Positions 9,892 through 19,438 of a stretch of 40,655 nucleotides of DNA are shown here, one piece after another. Where the stretch lies: the NCBI GenBank assembly GCA_964447265.1, contig CAYUSC010000004.1, positions 4,197-44,851 on the forward strand. The letters are read 5' to 3'. Made by a program: the position numbers and the translations under genes. A model generated the notes under the pieces. The model was not told where the DNA came from. It searched no databases and was given only the letters and a program-made list of their open reading frames with translations. The stretch comes from an uncultured Candidatus Brevefilum sp. (GTDB taxonomy: Bacteria > Chloroflexota > Anaerolineae > Anaerolineales > Anaerolineaceae). How positions within the stretch are numbered: the first letter of the stretch is position 1; every line of letters begins with the position of its first letter.

Positions 9892-10767
9892 TCAGGCGGA
9901 TTTTATCTCGACCAGACGGTCTCTTCCGGCCAGGTCCTGATGGAGGTGAATTTCGGCCGTTGCGAAGGTGGATTTTGCGAGGGCGAGCGTTTCGGCGCCG
10001 AGACTGGATTCGATCTCGAGCAGGATAGTGCCGGCGGGGGCCAGGCGGCTGGCGGCCTGGTGAAGCAATCTGTCGATCAGGTCCAATCCCGACATCCCGC
10101 CATCCAGCGCCAATCTTGGCTCCCAATTCGCCACCGGCAGCCCTTCCATCGTTTGGGTTGGAATATAGGGCAGGTTGGCGCAGATCAGGTCGAACGGCCC
10201 TGTAAACGGCTGGAGGAGGTCGGCTTGAATCAAGGGGATCGCCTTTTGCAGGTGTCTTTGCGCGTTCTGCAGGGTGACCCGCAGGGCGGATCGGGAAATA
10301 TCAGCGGCTGTCACCTGCGCCTGCGGGCAGGCCGCTGCCAGGGTGACCGCAATGGCGCCGGAACCGCAGCCAACATCAATAATCCGGGGGTGGTGCATTC
10401 CGGCTGCCAGGGTAATGGCGCGTTCGACGAGCAATTCCGTCTCCGGTCGGGGAATCAGCACATCCGGTGTGACGATAAAGGAGCGTCTGTAAAATTCCCA
10501 CTCTCCGAGGACGTATGGTAAGGGAACACCCTGCAGGAGCCTCTCAAGGTCCGATTGCAGGGCGTTGATATCTTCGGGGGTAAGCTCAAATTCAGGGTGG
10601 GTCAGGACCCAGGTCTTGGTTTGATGCAATGTATGGCTGAGCAGGACCAGGCTGATGTTGCCTGGCGTAGAAAAAACATATTCTTCCAGGGAGGCTTGAA
10701 TTTCTGCCCGAATCTGATTCAGATTGATGAGTTTACTCCTCGACCAGGGCCAGTTTTTCCGATTCAT
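9892..10767 (-). CDS. prmC: Release factor glutamine methyltransferase (start uncertain)
   Basis: VLIPRPETE, DVGCGSG, ANLPY, EPRLALDGG and DLAGRDR; directly downstream of prfA. Confidence 0.93.
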   Translation of the reverse strand: MNRKNWPWSRSKLINLNQIRAEIQASLEEYVFSTPGNISLVLLSHTLHQTKTWVLTHPEFELTPEDINALQSDLERLLQGVPLPYVLGEWEFYRRSFIVTPDVLIPRPETELLVERAITLAAGMHHPRIIDVGCGSGAIAVTLAAACPQAQVTAADISRSALRVTLQNAQRHLQKAIPLIQADLLQPFTGPFDLICANLPYIPTQTMEGLPVANWEPRLALDGGMSGLDLIDRLLHQAASRLAPAGTILLEIESSLGAETLALAKSTFATAEIHLHQDLAGRDRLVEIKSA

Positions 10768-11794
10768 CCACCAGGGTCAACTCATCAATGAATTCGTCAA
10801 TATCGCCATCGAGAACGCCGCTCAGGTTATAGGAGGAAAGGTTCACCCGGTGGTCGGTGACGCGGCTCTGGGGGAAGTTATAGGTGCGGATCTTTTCGGA
10901 ACGTTCGCCGGTGCCGATTTGGGAACGGCGGGTGGCCGATTCCTCGGCCTGCCGTTTGGTCTCTTCAATTTCGTAGAGCCGGGCTTTCAGGACGCTCATC
11001 GCGCGCATCTTGTTCTGCAGCTGGGAGCGTTCATCCTGGCAGGCCACGACCAAACCGGTGGGGATGTGGGTGATCCGGACGGCGGTGGCGTTCTTCTGCA
11101 CGTTCTGGCCGCCCGCGCCGGCGGATTTGTAGACGTCAATGCTGATATCCGAATCGGGAATGTCGATTTCCACATCGTCCACCTCGGCCAATACGGCCAC
11201 AGTTACAGTGGAGGTGTGGATCCGCCCCTGAGATTCGGTTTCGGGGACGCGCTGAACACGATGAACGCCGGATTCGTATTTCAGGCGGGAATAGGCGCCC
11301 TTACCTTTAATAATGAAGTTGACCTCTTTGACCCCGCCAATCCCCGTCTCGTGGAGGGTGATGATTTCGCTTTTCCAGCCTTGCCGTTCCGCATAGCGGG
11401 AGTACATTCGGAATAATTCCGCGGCAAACAAGCCGGCTTCATCACCACCGGTGCCTGCGCGGATTTCCACGATGACGTTACGCTGATCACGGGGGTCCTT
11501 GGGAACCAGCATGCTCTTGAGTTCAGCTTCGAGCTTGGTTTGATGGGATTGGAGTTCTTCCATCTCCATTTCGGCCAGAGTCCGCATTTCTTCATCGTCT
11601 GCGTTCAGCAGGGAATGGGTTTCTTCGATCTTTTTGAGGGTATTCTGATAATCGCGCGCCCTGGAAACCAGGGGGTCGAGTTCCGCACGTTCCTTGGAAA
11701 GCTCGATTGCGACGGTATAATCGTCGCCGACCTCGGTCAACTGGTGTTCGATCTCTTCGTATCGCTCAATGATACCTTGTAATTTTTCAAGCAT
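10733..11794 (-). CDS. prfA: Peptide chain release factor 1
   Basis: EIRAGTGGDEA, HRVQRVPETE (PxT motif), GGQ and RSEKIRTYNFPQ. Confidence 0.97.
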   Translation of the reverse strand: MLEKLQGIIERYEEIEHQLTEVGDDYTVAIELSKERAELDPLVSRARDYQNTLKKIEETHSLLNADDEEMRTLAEMEMEELQSHQTKLEAELKSMLVPKDPRDQRNVIVEIRAGTGGDEAGLFAAELFRMYSRYAERQGWKSEIITLHETGIGGVKEVNFIIKGKGAYSRLKYESGVHRVQRVPETESQGRIHTSTVTVAVLAEVDDVEIDIPDSDISIDVYKSAGAGGQNVQKNATAVRITHIPTGLVVACQDERSQLQNKMRAMSVLKARLYEIEETKRQAEESATRRSQIGTGERSEKIRTYNFPQSRVTDHRVNLSSYNLSGVLDGDIDEFIDELTLVDESEKLALVEE

Positions 11795-11835
11795 ATTTAA
11801 TTTTTCTCATCCAGGATAATGAAATTAACGTAGGG

Positions 11836-11844
11836 ATTATACCA
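11836..11844 (-). promoter_or_regulatory. Extended -10 promoter of prfA operon
   Basis: Minus strand TGGTATAAT about 42 nt upstream of the prfA ATG. Confidence 0.55.
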
Positions 11845-11960
11845 CTTTCACCGGTGAAATGGCTTTCGTATAGACCTGTTACGAAAGCCAAAATGGAGAT
11901 GCAGGACGAAAGGCACGGCTCAGGCCAGGTCAGATGCGGTATACTATTCACTGCAAAGAA

Positions 11961-12998
11961 ATGATGAACGAACAACAAAAGCAAGTTTTTTGGACCTATC
12001 AGGAAGCCCCGGAACATTTTTCTACCGGGCATCCCGAATCCCCTGAACGTTTCAGGGTTTTTGAGGATTGGCTGACCAGCTCACCTTATCCCGCCATGCA
12101 GCAACTGGATTTTGCACCTGCCCGACTTGGCGATCTGATCCTGTGTCACTCCCAGCAGATGATCGAGCGTTTGCAGGCTGTCTGTGGCGAAGGGCCGCAG
12201 GAGATCGAGCAAGCGCCGACTTATGTCACCCCGGATAGTTTTCAAGCTGCCCTGGGCGCGACAGGGGCAACCCTGGCTGTCAGCCGCAAGATTCTGGATG
12301 AAGGTGCCGGACGGGGCTTTGCCATCGTGCGCCCGCCGGGACATCACGCCACGCATGACCAGGCGATGGGTTTCTGTCTGTTCAATAACCTGGCGATCGC
12401 CGCGGCAGATGCCGTGATCAGCGGGGTGGGTAAGGTGGCGATCATAGATATTGATGCCCATCACGGCAATGGAATTGAAGACATCTTTTGGAACACCGAG
12501 CAGGTCGGTTATTGCTCGATCCACGAACAGGGACTTTATCCCGGTACTGGCCAAATTGAGGCTGCCCCACATGCCCGGGGCCGGCTGGTCAATCTCCCGA
12601 TACCCGCTTTTTCGGGCACCTCGGTCTTTGATCAGTTGATTGAACAAGTGGTGACGCCCTGGCTGAGAGTTTTTCAACCTGAGATGCTCTTTATCGCGGC
12701 AGGGTTTGACGCGCACTTTTCTGACCCGCTCACGAGCCTGACAGTGAACACGCAGGGATATTTTTACCTCACCCAAAAGCTAATCCGGCTGGCTGATGAT
12801 TTAACAGATGGCAAAATCGTCTTTGCCTTAGAGGGCGGGTATGACGCCCTTGCGCTGAACGATAACCTCCGGGCATCCCTGGCTGCGCTCTGCGGTGAGA
12901 GTGATTTCCCGGATCATTATGGCAAAGGCCCGGACCAATCCAGGGATATCAAGCCTTTGATTGAGTCCATCCGGACCTACCATCATTTACAGGAGTGA
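11961..12998 (+). CDS. Histone deacetylase family (class II-like Zn-dependent amidohydrolase)
   Basis: HPESPER, RPPGHHA, GFCLFNN, DIDAHHGNG, GFDAH and EGGY. Start 11961 or 11964 preferred over 11934. Confidence 0.9.
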   Translation: MMNEQQKQVFWTYQEAPEHFSTGHPESPERFRVFEDWLTSSPYPAMQQLDFAPARLGDLILCHSQQMIERLQAVCGEGPQEIEQAPTYVTPDSFQAALGATGATLAVSRKILDEGAGRGFAIVRPPGHHATHDQAMGFCLFNNLAIAAADAVISGVGKVAIIDIDAHHGNGIEDIFWNTEQVGYCSIHEQGLYPGTGQIEAAPHARGRLVNLPIPAFSGTSVFDQLIEQVVTPWLRVFQPEMLFIAAGFDAHFSDPLTSLTVNTQGYFYLTQKLIRLADDLTDGKIVFALEGGYDALALNDNLRASLAALCGESDFPDHYGKGPDQSRDIKPLIESIRTYHHLQE

Positions 12999-13001
12999 AC
13001 A

Positions 13002-13733
13002 TTGCTGCAATTTTATTTTATTCGTCATGGACAATCTCAAAATAATGTCAAAATGGATGAGGTGGAGCATAAGGACTACCTTTTTCAACGAGTGCAAGAC
13101 CCAAAACTGACCCCGATTGGTAAGTGCCAGGCAGAATTGGTTGCCCAATTTTTGAACCGGCCGGAGCCCGAGGAGGGAAACGACCTGCAGAACCGGAACG
13201 GTTTCGGCCTGACCCATCTTTATTGCTCGCTGATGACCCGCGCCATCCAGACCGCGCTGCCCATCTCGCAGGAGGCCGGTCTGCCACTGGTGGCCTGGCC
13301 GGAAGTACATGAGAACGGCGGGGAGTTTCTGGCAGAGAAGCAGGGTGAAGAAGTTTCATGGAAGGGATTACCGGGTTATGGGCGTTCCTATTTTGAATCC
13401 AATTTCCCCGAACTGATCATCCCTGAAACCCTTACGGAAGAAGGCTGGTGGAACAAGGACAAGGAGCCGCGTGAGGAATACATCATTCGAGCGCAGTCAA
13501 TTGTGGAAAGGTTGATGCAGGAACATGGTGGGACGCATCACCGGGTGGGCGTTGTGATGCATGGCGGCATTTTCAGCCGGATTGTTGGCGCTTTTTTGGG
13601 TGTCACCTCTCAGTCGTATTGGCTCCATATGAACAACACCGCGATCAGCCGGATTGATATCCGCGACGATGGTCGGGTGATGGTGGCCTATATTAACAAA
13701 GTGGACCATCTGTCCGATGATATGATCACCTAA
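13002..13733 (+). CDS. Histidine phosphatase (phosphoglycerate mutase-like) family protein
   Basis: RHGQS, LTPIG, SLMTRAIQTA and MHGG. TTG start after SD AGGAG. Confidence 0.88.
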   Translation: MLQFYFIRHGQSQNNVKMDEVEHKDYLFQRVQDPKLTPIGKCQAELVAQFLNRPEPEEGNDLQNRNGFGLTHLYCSLMTRAIQTALPISQEAGLPLVAWPEVHENGGEFLAEKQGEEVSWKGLPGYGRSYFESNFPELIIPETLTEEGWWNKDKEPREEYIIRAQSIVERLMQEHGGTHHRVGVVMHGGIFSRIVGAFLGVTSQSYWLHMNNTAISRIDIRDDGRVMVAYINKVDHLSDDMIT

Positions 13734-13737
13734 TTAC

Positions 13738-14400
13738 GTGAAGATAAACCAAATGACAAAAAACCCGATTAAACCCGAAGAACTCACTTTCAGACCGGCC
13801 ACTGCGGATGACGCTAAAGTCGCCAGTTCATTGATTTATGCCACTTTCCCCAAAGTCGCCACTTTCACCATTGGTTTGGGCAGCGAAGATCGCGCCAAGG
13901 CCATTCTGGAAAAGATCTTCATGGTTCCCGGTCATCGATTGAGTTATGAAGAGATGCGTCTGGCTGTTTATCAAGGCCGGGTGGTCGGTGGATTGATAGC
14001 CTATCCCGCCAAACGGTTGCCCAGACTGGATCGGATGACCGACCGCCTGATCCTCAAACAGTACAAATTCAGGGGCAAGCTGGCTTTGGTCATCCGCACC
14101 TGGCCGCTGATCTTTATGAAGGATGCCAAACCCGGGGATTATGTGATTGGTAATCTGGCCGCGAGGCCGCAATATCGCGGGCGGGGGATTGGCAAACAGA
14201 TCCTGCACCATGCGGAACGCCTTGCAAAGGAAGCGGGATTGCGGCGTTTGGCGCTGCGGGTTGCCATTGAAAACCAGGAAGCCAGGAAGTTATATGATGA
14301 TTATGGCTTCAAAACAACAGCGATGTATCTGGAACCCAATCGCTGGGTCAAATATGCCGGCGCGGGATATCGCTGGATGGTTAAAGATTTGAGCGAATAA
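13738..14400 (+). CDS. GNAT family N-acetyltransferase
   Basis: FRPAT, acetyl-CoA motif QYRGRGIG and N..ARKLY..YGF. Confidence 0.88.
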   Translation: MKINQMTKNPIKPEELTFRPATADDAKVASSLIYATFPKVATFTIGLGSEDRAKAILEKIFMVPGHRLSYEEMRLAVYQGRVVGGLIAYPAKRLPRLDRMTDRLILKQYKFRGKLALVIRTWPLIFMKDAKPGDYVIGNLAARPQYRGRGIGKQILHHAERLAKEAGLRRLALRVAIENQEARKLYDDYGFKTTAMYLEPNRWVKYAGAGYRWMVKDLSE

Positions 14401-14578
14401 GCCAATTTCCGTAAGACCCTTAACCTCCCCCTGAGCTATGTTATTGCAGATTTTGATGGCGGTGGAAGCCCCTCGAACGAGTGGTGTGTTTCAAGTTTAG
14501 GTTTGCCCCGAAATAACAGACCGAGTGAAATCAACGGTAAAATTAGATCATTCGGTTGAAAGGAAAGTCGTAGTATCA

Positions 14579-15886
14579 ATGCCTGTATACGTCAATATCA
14601 TTCTTATTTTTGTCCTGTTTTTCTTCAATGCAATTTTTGCCATGTATGAGATCGCGATGGTTGCTGCCCGTAAGGTGCGGCTGCAGCAGAGCGTGGAAGC
14701 TGGTAGTGTGGGTGCGAAACGCGCATTGACATTATTGGCTGATCCAAACCAGCAATATCTGTCCACGGTCCAGATCATGATAACACTGATTGACACCCTG
14801 GCCGGCGGTATCGGTGGCGCCACATTGGCTGACCCGCTGGCACGCCAACTGGAGCATATCTCCTGGCTGGCGCCGCAAGCTGGCCTGATCGCCCTGATCC
14901 TGGTTGTTTCAGTGATCACTTATTTCTCAATTGTGATGGGCGAACTTATTCCAAAACGGCTGGCGGTGAGCAAGCCGGAAGCTGTTGTCATCCGACTTTC
15001 CCCGGTTGTGTATGTGATGACAAAGATCTTCAAACCGATCACCAAGCTGCTCAGTATTTCAACTAATGTCGGCCTAAAAATCCTTCATATCAACACGGAC
15101 GCAGGCCCATCGATCACAGAGGAAGAGATCAAAGGCTTTATTGATGAAGGCCGTGAGATTGGCGTGATCGAGGATGCCGAGCGCGATATGTTCTCGGGTA
15201 TCTTTCGCCTGGGCGACAGGCGGGTGGAAGCAATTATGACCTCCCGCATGGAAATGGTCTGGATTGACATCAACCTCCCAATGCCGGAGATCTGGCAGCA
15301 GATAATCGAGAGTACCCATTCACGCATTCCCGTTGCAGATGGCAATTTGGATAATATCCTGGGCTATATCCAGGTCCGAAATTTACTGGGTCATACTTTC
15401 AATGAGACGGATATCAATTTGCGGGATTATATCAAAGAACCAATTTACGTCCCCGAAAACATGGCTGCTTTGAAAGCGCTGGAAAACATCCAGACCAGCG
15501 GTGTGCACCTGGCTATGGTTGTGGACGAATTTGGCGGCATCACCGGGATGGTCACGGATTACGATATTCTGGAAGCGATTGTGGGTGAAATCCCGGAGGA
15601 CGGCGCCGACACGGATTATATGGCGGTTCAACGTGAGGATGGCTCCTGGCTGTTCGATGGGCTGATTGTCGTGGATGAATTGAAGGAACTGCTCAACCTC
15701 CATGACATGCCCGATGAGGAACGCGCCGGCTATCAGACTCTCAGCGGATTTGTGATGACCCAATTGGGGCGAATCCCAAAAACCGGTGCAAAATTCACCT
15801 ATGACAACTATGAATTTGAAGTGGTTGATATGGACGGCCGCCGGGTGGACCGGGTGTTGGTCAGTCCCTTGACGGAAACAGCCTGA
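14579..15886 (+). CDS. Hemolysin/CNNM family protein (DUF21-CBS-CorC_HlyC), putative Mg2+/Co2+ transporter
   Basis: FAMYEIA, GELIPKRLA, HSRIPV, VVDEFGG, DILEAIVGEI and TLSGFV. ATG 14579 after GAAAGGA. Confidence 0.9.
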   Translation: MPVYVNIILIFVLFFFNAIFAMYEIAMVAARKVRLQQSVEAGSVGAKRALTLLADPNQQYLSTVQIMITLIDTLAGGIGGATLADPLARQLEHISWLAPQAGLIALILVVSVITYFSIVMGELIPKRLAVSKPEAVVIRLSPVVYVMTKIFKPITKLLSISTNVGLKILHINTDAGPSITEEEIKGFIDEGREIGVIEDAERDMFSGIFRLGDRRVEAIMTSRMEMVWIDINLPMPEIWQQIIESTHSRIPVADGNLDNILGYIQVRNLLGHTFNETDINLRDYIKEPIYVPENMAALKALENIQTSGVHLAMVVDEFGGITGMVTDYDILEAIVGEIPEDGADTDYMAVQREDGSWLFDGLIVVDELKELLNLHDMPDEERAGYQTLSGFVMTQLGRIPKTGAKFTYDNYEFEVVDMDGRRVDRVLVSPLTETA

Positions 15887-15896
15887 TCAGCAGAAC

Positions 15897-17129
15897 CTAA
15901 TCATTAATTTTGATGTTGAATTTCGCTAACAGCTCCTGCAGGCTGCGCTGGTGCGCCAGCCAGGGCCGGTAAGTCCTTTCGACCGGACCTTGCTCAAGGA
16001 TTTTCCAGGATTCATCAATTATCTCAAAAGCAGCTCTGGGTTTGCCGATCTTTTCGGCATTCTCAGCAAGTTGTTTGAGCATCTCTTCGTCATTGGCAAA
16101 CCAGCGGGTGACGCAGTCCCGTACGTCTGCCGGGGAGGTGTGGAATTCGCCTGCGCCGTTGGAGACCACGTAATCCATATTTCCGATTTCCTGTCCGGGC
16201 AGCGCATCCACCAATAAGAGCGGCAAGCTGGACGCCAGGGATTCGGTCACAATCAGGCCGCCTGCTTTGCAGATGATCATTCCTGAAGCGCCCATCATCA
16301 TTGGCAGGTCATCCACAAAGTTGTAAATATGGGTGGGGTGCTGCCAATCCGTTCGCTGGATTTGTTCGTGGAGGGCTTCATTGCCCCCCGCGACAAGGAT
16401 GAGCTGGAAGGATGCCTCAGATTGATCCAACGCTGGGAGCAATTCACCGAGATTATACATCCGCGGGCTGCCGACCACCAGAATGGGGGTCAGGTTTTCA
16501 TCCCAGCCCAACTCTCGGCGGAGGTCCTTTGGATCTTCCTGGTGAAGTTGACTGATCCGGGGATTGACGGGGATCCCGGTTTTGACGATTTGCTCTTCGT
16601 GCAGGCCGGCTTTAAGCGCCAATTGCTTCACCTCATCCGTCGGGACCGCGAGACGGGTGATGATGGGATCAAACCAGAGGTGATGGACGGTCACCAGATC
16701 GGTGATCGTGGTGAAAAGGGGTACCCGGGGCTGGTTGGAAAGCGCCATCACGGCTTCCAGAGGAGCCTGATAAAGGGGATAAGTGATCAGCACCAGATCG
16801 GGTTGGTGTTTGAGGAGGATATCTCGCAAGGGGAGGTAGAGCGCAACGATCAAGCCGCCTTCAATGAAGGTCACCGGCAGGGCGCCGTCGCTGATCTGGT
16901 AGCCCACTTTGTATAGATCGGGCAGGTTCTTGATGATCTCATCGTAATCCGTCTGGCTTTTCTGCAAGGCTTTGGGGGTCTTGGGGTGATCGAGCGGGTT
17001 GTTGACCTCCACAATGCAGGAGTCGCCATATTGAAGCTGGATGGTGTCCCTCAGCGCGTTCGACGCGGAGCGGTGACCCAACCCGGCCTCGCTCATCAGG
17101 ATCAGGATTTTCTTTTTTTCTGGTTCCAT
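15897..17129 (-). CDS. MGDG synthase/UgtP-like diacylglycerol glycosyltransferase (GT28)
   Basis: Motifs GLGHRSA, TITD, TGIPV, CKAGGL and LPGQE. Confidence 0.85.
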   Translation of the reverse strand: MEPEKKKILILMSEAGLGHRSASNALRDTIQLQYGDSCIVEVNNPLDHPKTPKALQKSQTDYDEIIKNLPDLYKVGYQISDGALPVTFIEGGLIVALYLPLRDILLKHQPDLVLITYPLYQAPLEAVMALSNQPRVPLFTTITDLVTVHHLWFDPIITRLAVPTDEVKQLALKAGLHEEQIVKTGIPVNPRISQLHQEDPKDLRRELGWDENLTPILVVGSPRMYNLGELLPALDQSEASFQLILVAGGNEALHEQIQRTDWQHPTHIYNFVDDLPMMMGASGMIICKAGGLIVTESLASSLPLLLVDALPGQEIGNMDYVVSNGAGEFHTSPADVRDCVTRWFANDEEMLKQLAENAEKIGKPRAAFEIIDESWKILEQGPVERTYRPWLAHQRSLQELLAKFNIKIND

Positions 17130-17151
17130 TTTTATCCTTTATTTTTCTTTC

Positions 17152-17646
17152 TTAATTCTCTCGGATTTGAAACTCTTCCAATATTTTATTCAACAGCGTG
17201 CGAGCTGTCTCTTCTTTGATTTCAACACGGCTGCCCTTGAAATGACATTCATAGGCAACGGTTTTCGCAGCAGTGCTGATCCCGATAAAGACCAGCCCAA
17301 CCGGTTTTTCCGGTGTGCCGCCAGTTGGCCCGGCGATTCCGGTGGTGGAGATGCCGATATCACTGCCGATCCGTTCCCGCGTCCCGGCAGCCATTTCCTT
17401 CGCGGTTTGTTCACTGACCGCGCCATAAGCGACAAGGGTTTCATGCCGGACGCCAAGGAAAGCTTCCTTAACGGCATTGCTGTAGGCGATCACGCCACCG
17501 AGGTAGTAGGCTGAGGAGCCGGATACGCTGGTCAACAGATGTCCCAGCAGACCGCCGGTGCAGGATTCTGCGGTGGCGATAGTGAGTTCCTGGTCAATCA
17601 ACGCCTGACCGAGTTTTTCTGAAATTTCAATTAATGTGTTGGACAT
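17152..17646 (-). CDS. pncC: Nicotinamide mononucleotide deamidase (CinA C-terminal/PncC)
   Basis: TAESCTGG, SGSS, YSN..K, GAVS and TGIAGPTGG...KPVG. Confidence 0.88.
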   Translation of the reverse strand: MSNTLIEISEKLGQALIDQELTIATAESCTGGLLGHLLTSVSGSSAYYLGGVIAYSNAVKEAFLGVRHETLVAYGAVSEQTAKEMAAGTRERIGSDIGISTTGIAGPTGGTPEKPVGLVFIGISTAAKTVAYECHFKGSRVEIKEETARTLLNKILEEFQIREN

Positions 17647-17655
17647 AGGGCCTTC

Positions 17656-18498
17656 TTAGATTTTTTCCGGGTCCTGATGTTTTTGCCCCTTGCCAAGTTC
17701 CTGCGAGCGGGTGAAGGCTGCCCAGATGGCCCGCGAGATGGCTGTGCGGAAGCCCATTTTTTCTAAATAGTAAAGCGCAGTGGCGGATGTGCCACCCGGT
17801 GAGGTCACCTGGTTGCGCAAGCGGGCCGGATGGGATTGGTTTTGGGTGTAGTAGGCCATCGAACCCTGAATGGTCTGGACGACCATTTCTTCCGCAATTC
17901 GGCGGGGCAGTCCCAAATGGACGCCGGCATCAATCATCGCTTCCAGGAAGAGGAAGACATAAGCCGGTCCTGTGCCGGAGACGGCGGTGGCCATGTCAAT
18001 ATAGCTCTCTTCTTCCACGAAAATCTCGCGCCCAAGGGCGGCGAGGATCTGCTGCGCGAGGGCATGCTGGGATTCGGAGGTGGCTTCGGTCTGGGTCCAA
18101 ACGGTCATCCCCTCGCCAACCTGGGCAGGCGTATTGGGCATGGAGCGGACGATGCAGTTATGTTCCAGCCCCGATATCAATTGTTGGCAGGGCACGCCTG
18201 CAATGATCGAGATCACCAGCGTTTCCGCCGGGATTTTTCTCTTGAGATCATTCATTACTTCGGGCAGCTTCTGCGGCTTGACGCAGAGGATCACAACATC
18301 AGCGCCCTGGATGGCATTGGCGTTGTCGAGGTCGGTCTGGATGCCATAGCGCTGGTTCAATTCATCCAGGCGTTCCTGGCGAGGCCCGGCGGCTATGATC
18401 TTACCGGCGGGAATGACGCTTTCTCGGATTAATCCCTCGATAATGGCTTCCGCCATCACACCGGGGCCAATCAGGGCAAACTTCTTGTCATCTTTCAT
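17656..18498 (-). CDS. proC: Pyrroline-5-carboxylate reductase
   Basis: IGPGVMA, VKPQ, RSMPNTP, SGTGPAY and VTSPGGT. Confidence 0.95.
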   Translation of the reverse strand: MKDDKKFALIGPGVMAEAIIEGLIRESVIPAGKIIAAGPRQERLDELNQRYGIQTDLDNANAIQGADVVILCVKPQKLPEVMNDLKRKIPAETLVISIIAGVPCQQLISGLEHNCIVRSMPNTPAQVGEGMTVWTQTEATSESQHALAQQILAALGREIFVEEESYIDMATAVSGTGPAYVFLFLEAMIDAGVHLGLPRRIAEEMVVQTIQGSMAYYTQNQSHPARLRNQVTSPGGTSATALYYLEKMGFRTAISRAIWAAFTRSQELGKGQKHQDPEKI

Positions 18499-18516
18499 GA
18501 TGATTCCTCCGTTTGA

Positions 18517-19416
18517 TTAATCGGATGTCCAACGGGAGTAGAGGGAGTGCGAAAGGATCCTCCCTTTGCTTTTTTCAACAGTTACCAATTCTCCACTGGT
18601 CACATGCCCGCCAAAGGGGGCGATCATCTCTTCCAGCGCCTGGTGAGGGACCAGTGCGGAAGCCTGAATGGCATAGGATGTCAGGCAGATGAAGCGGGGC
18701 TTTTTGGTAAGCACCTTGCGGCAAAGCTCGAGAAGCTCCGCGATGTCCTCGAAATAGCTCCAGACCCGGCCATCCGGCCCCCGGCCGAACTTGGGCGGGT
18801 CCAGGATGATACCGTCGTAATAGGACTGCCGTTTGGCTTCTCGCTGCAGGTATTTGCGGGCATCTTCCACCAGCCAGCGCACCGGGGCTTTTGCCAGCCC
18901 GGAATGCTCGCTGTTGCGGCTGGCCCAGGCGACGGCATGTTTGGAGGCGTCCACGTGGGTCACTTCGGCGCCTGCCCGTACCGCGGCAGCGGTTGCCATG
19001 CCGGTGTAACCGAAAAGGTTGATCACCTTGACTTGCCGGCCGGCGGTTCGGATCTGTTCTTCAATCCAGTCCCATTGGCTGGCCTGCTCGGGAAACACCC
19101 CGATATGGCGGGACTTTGCCAGCCTGATCTCTGCTTGCAGTCCGTGATAGTCGACCCACCAGGGCTGCTTGATTTCATGGCGCAAGTTCCAATAACCGCC
19201 TGCTTCACCACCGGTGGTGATCATTTCGGCGTCGGCTTTTTTCCATTCCGACTGGGGGAGGGCTTTGGACCAGATCGCCTGGGGTTCCGGGCGGATCAGG
19301 ATGTATGCGCCTACGCGTTCCAGAGCGAGTCCCTCGCCGGTATCGAGCAGTTCGTAATCCGTCCAGCTGGTTGGCGCTTCCAGGATGAGCTGAGGAAGTT
19401 TTTGATTGGTTTTCAT
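18517..19416 (-). CDS. Class I SAM-dependent methyltransferase (RlmI/RlmK-related)
   Basis: DYELLDTG, HIGVFPEQ, NLFGYTG, HVDAS and ILDPPKFGRG. Confidence 0.85.
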   Translation of the reverse strand: MKTNQKLPQLILEAPTSWTDYELLDTGEGLALERVGAYILIRPEPQAIWSKALPQSEWKKADAEMITTGGEAGGYWNLRHEIKQPWWVDYHGLQAEIRLAKSRHIGVFPEQASQWDWIEEQIRTAGRQVKVINLFGYTGMATAAAVRAGAEVTHVDASKHAVAWASRNSEHSGLAKAPVRWLVEDARKYLQREAKRQSYYDGIILDPPKFGRGPDGRVWSYFEDIAELLELCRKVLTKKPRFICLTSYAIQASALVPHQALEEMIAPFGGHVTSGELVTVEKSKGRILSHSLYSRWTSD

Positions 19417-19438
19417 ATTATTCCTTGAAATTATTTTT

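Noticed and set aside
9836-10126. N-terminal extension of tsaC in the ORF track (similarly 2491, 3134, 14525, 25687 and 28985 starts)
   Set aside because: The extensions overlap neighbouring genes or promoters, and downstream starts have better SD or homology support.
14455-14560. Possible fluoride, M-box, NiCo or yybP riboswitch upstream of the CNNM gene (GGCGGTGGAAGCCC; hairpin ACCGAGTGA/TCATTCGGT)
   Set aside because: It lacks the downstream pseudoknot and consensus segments of these families; only a generic hairpin is supportable.
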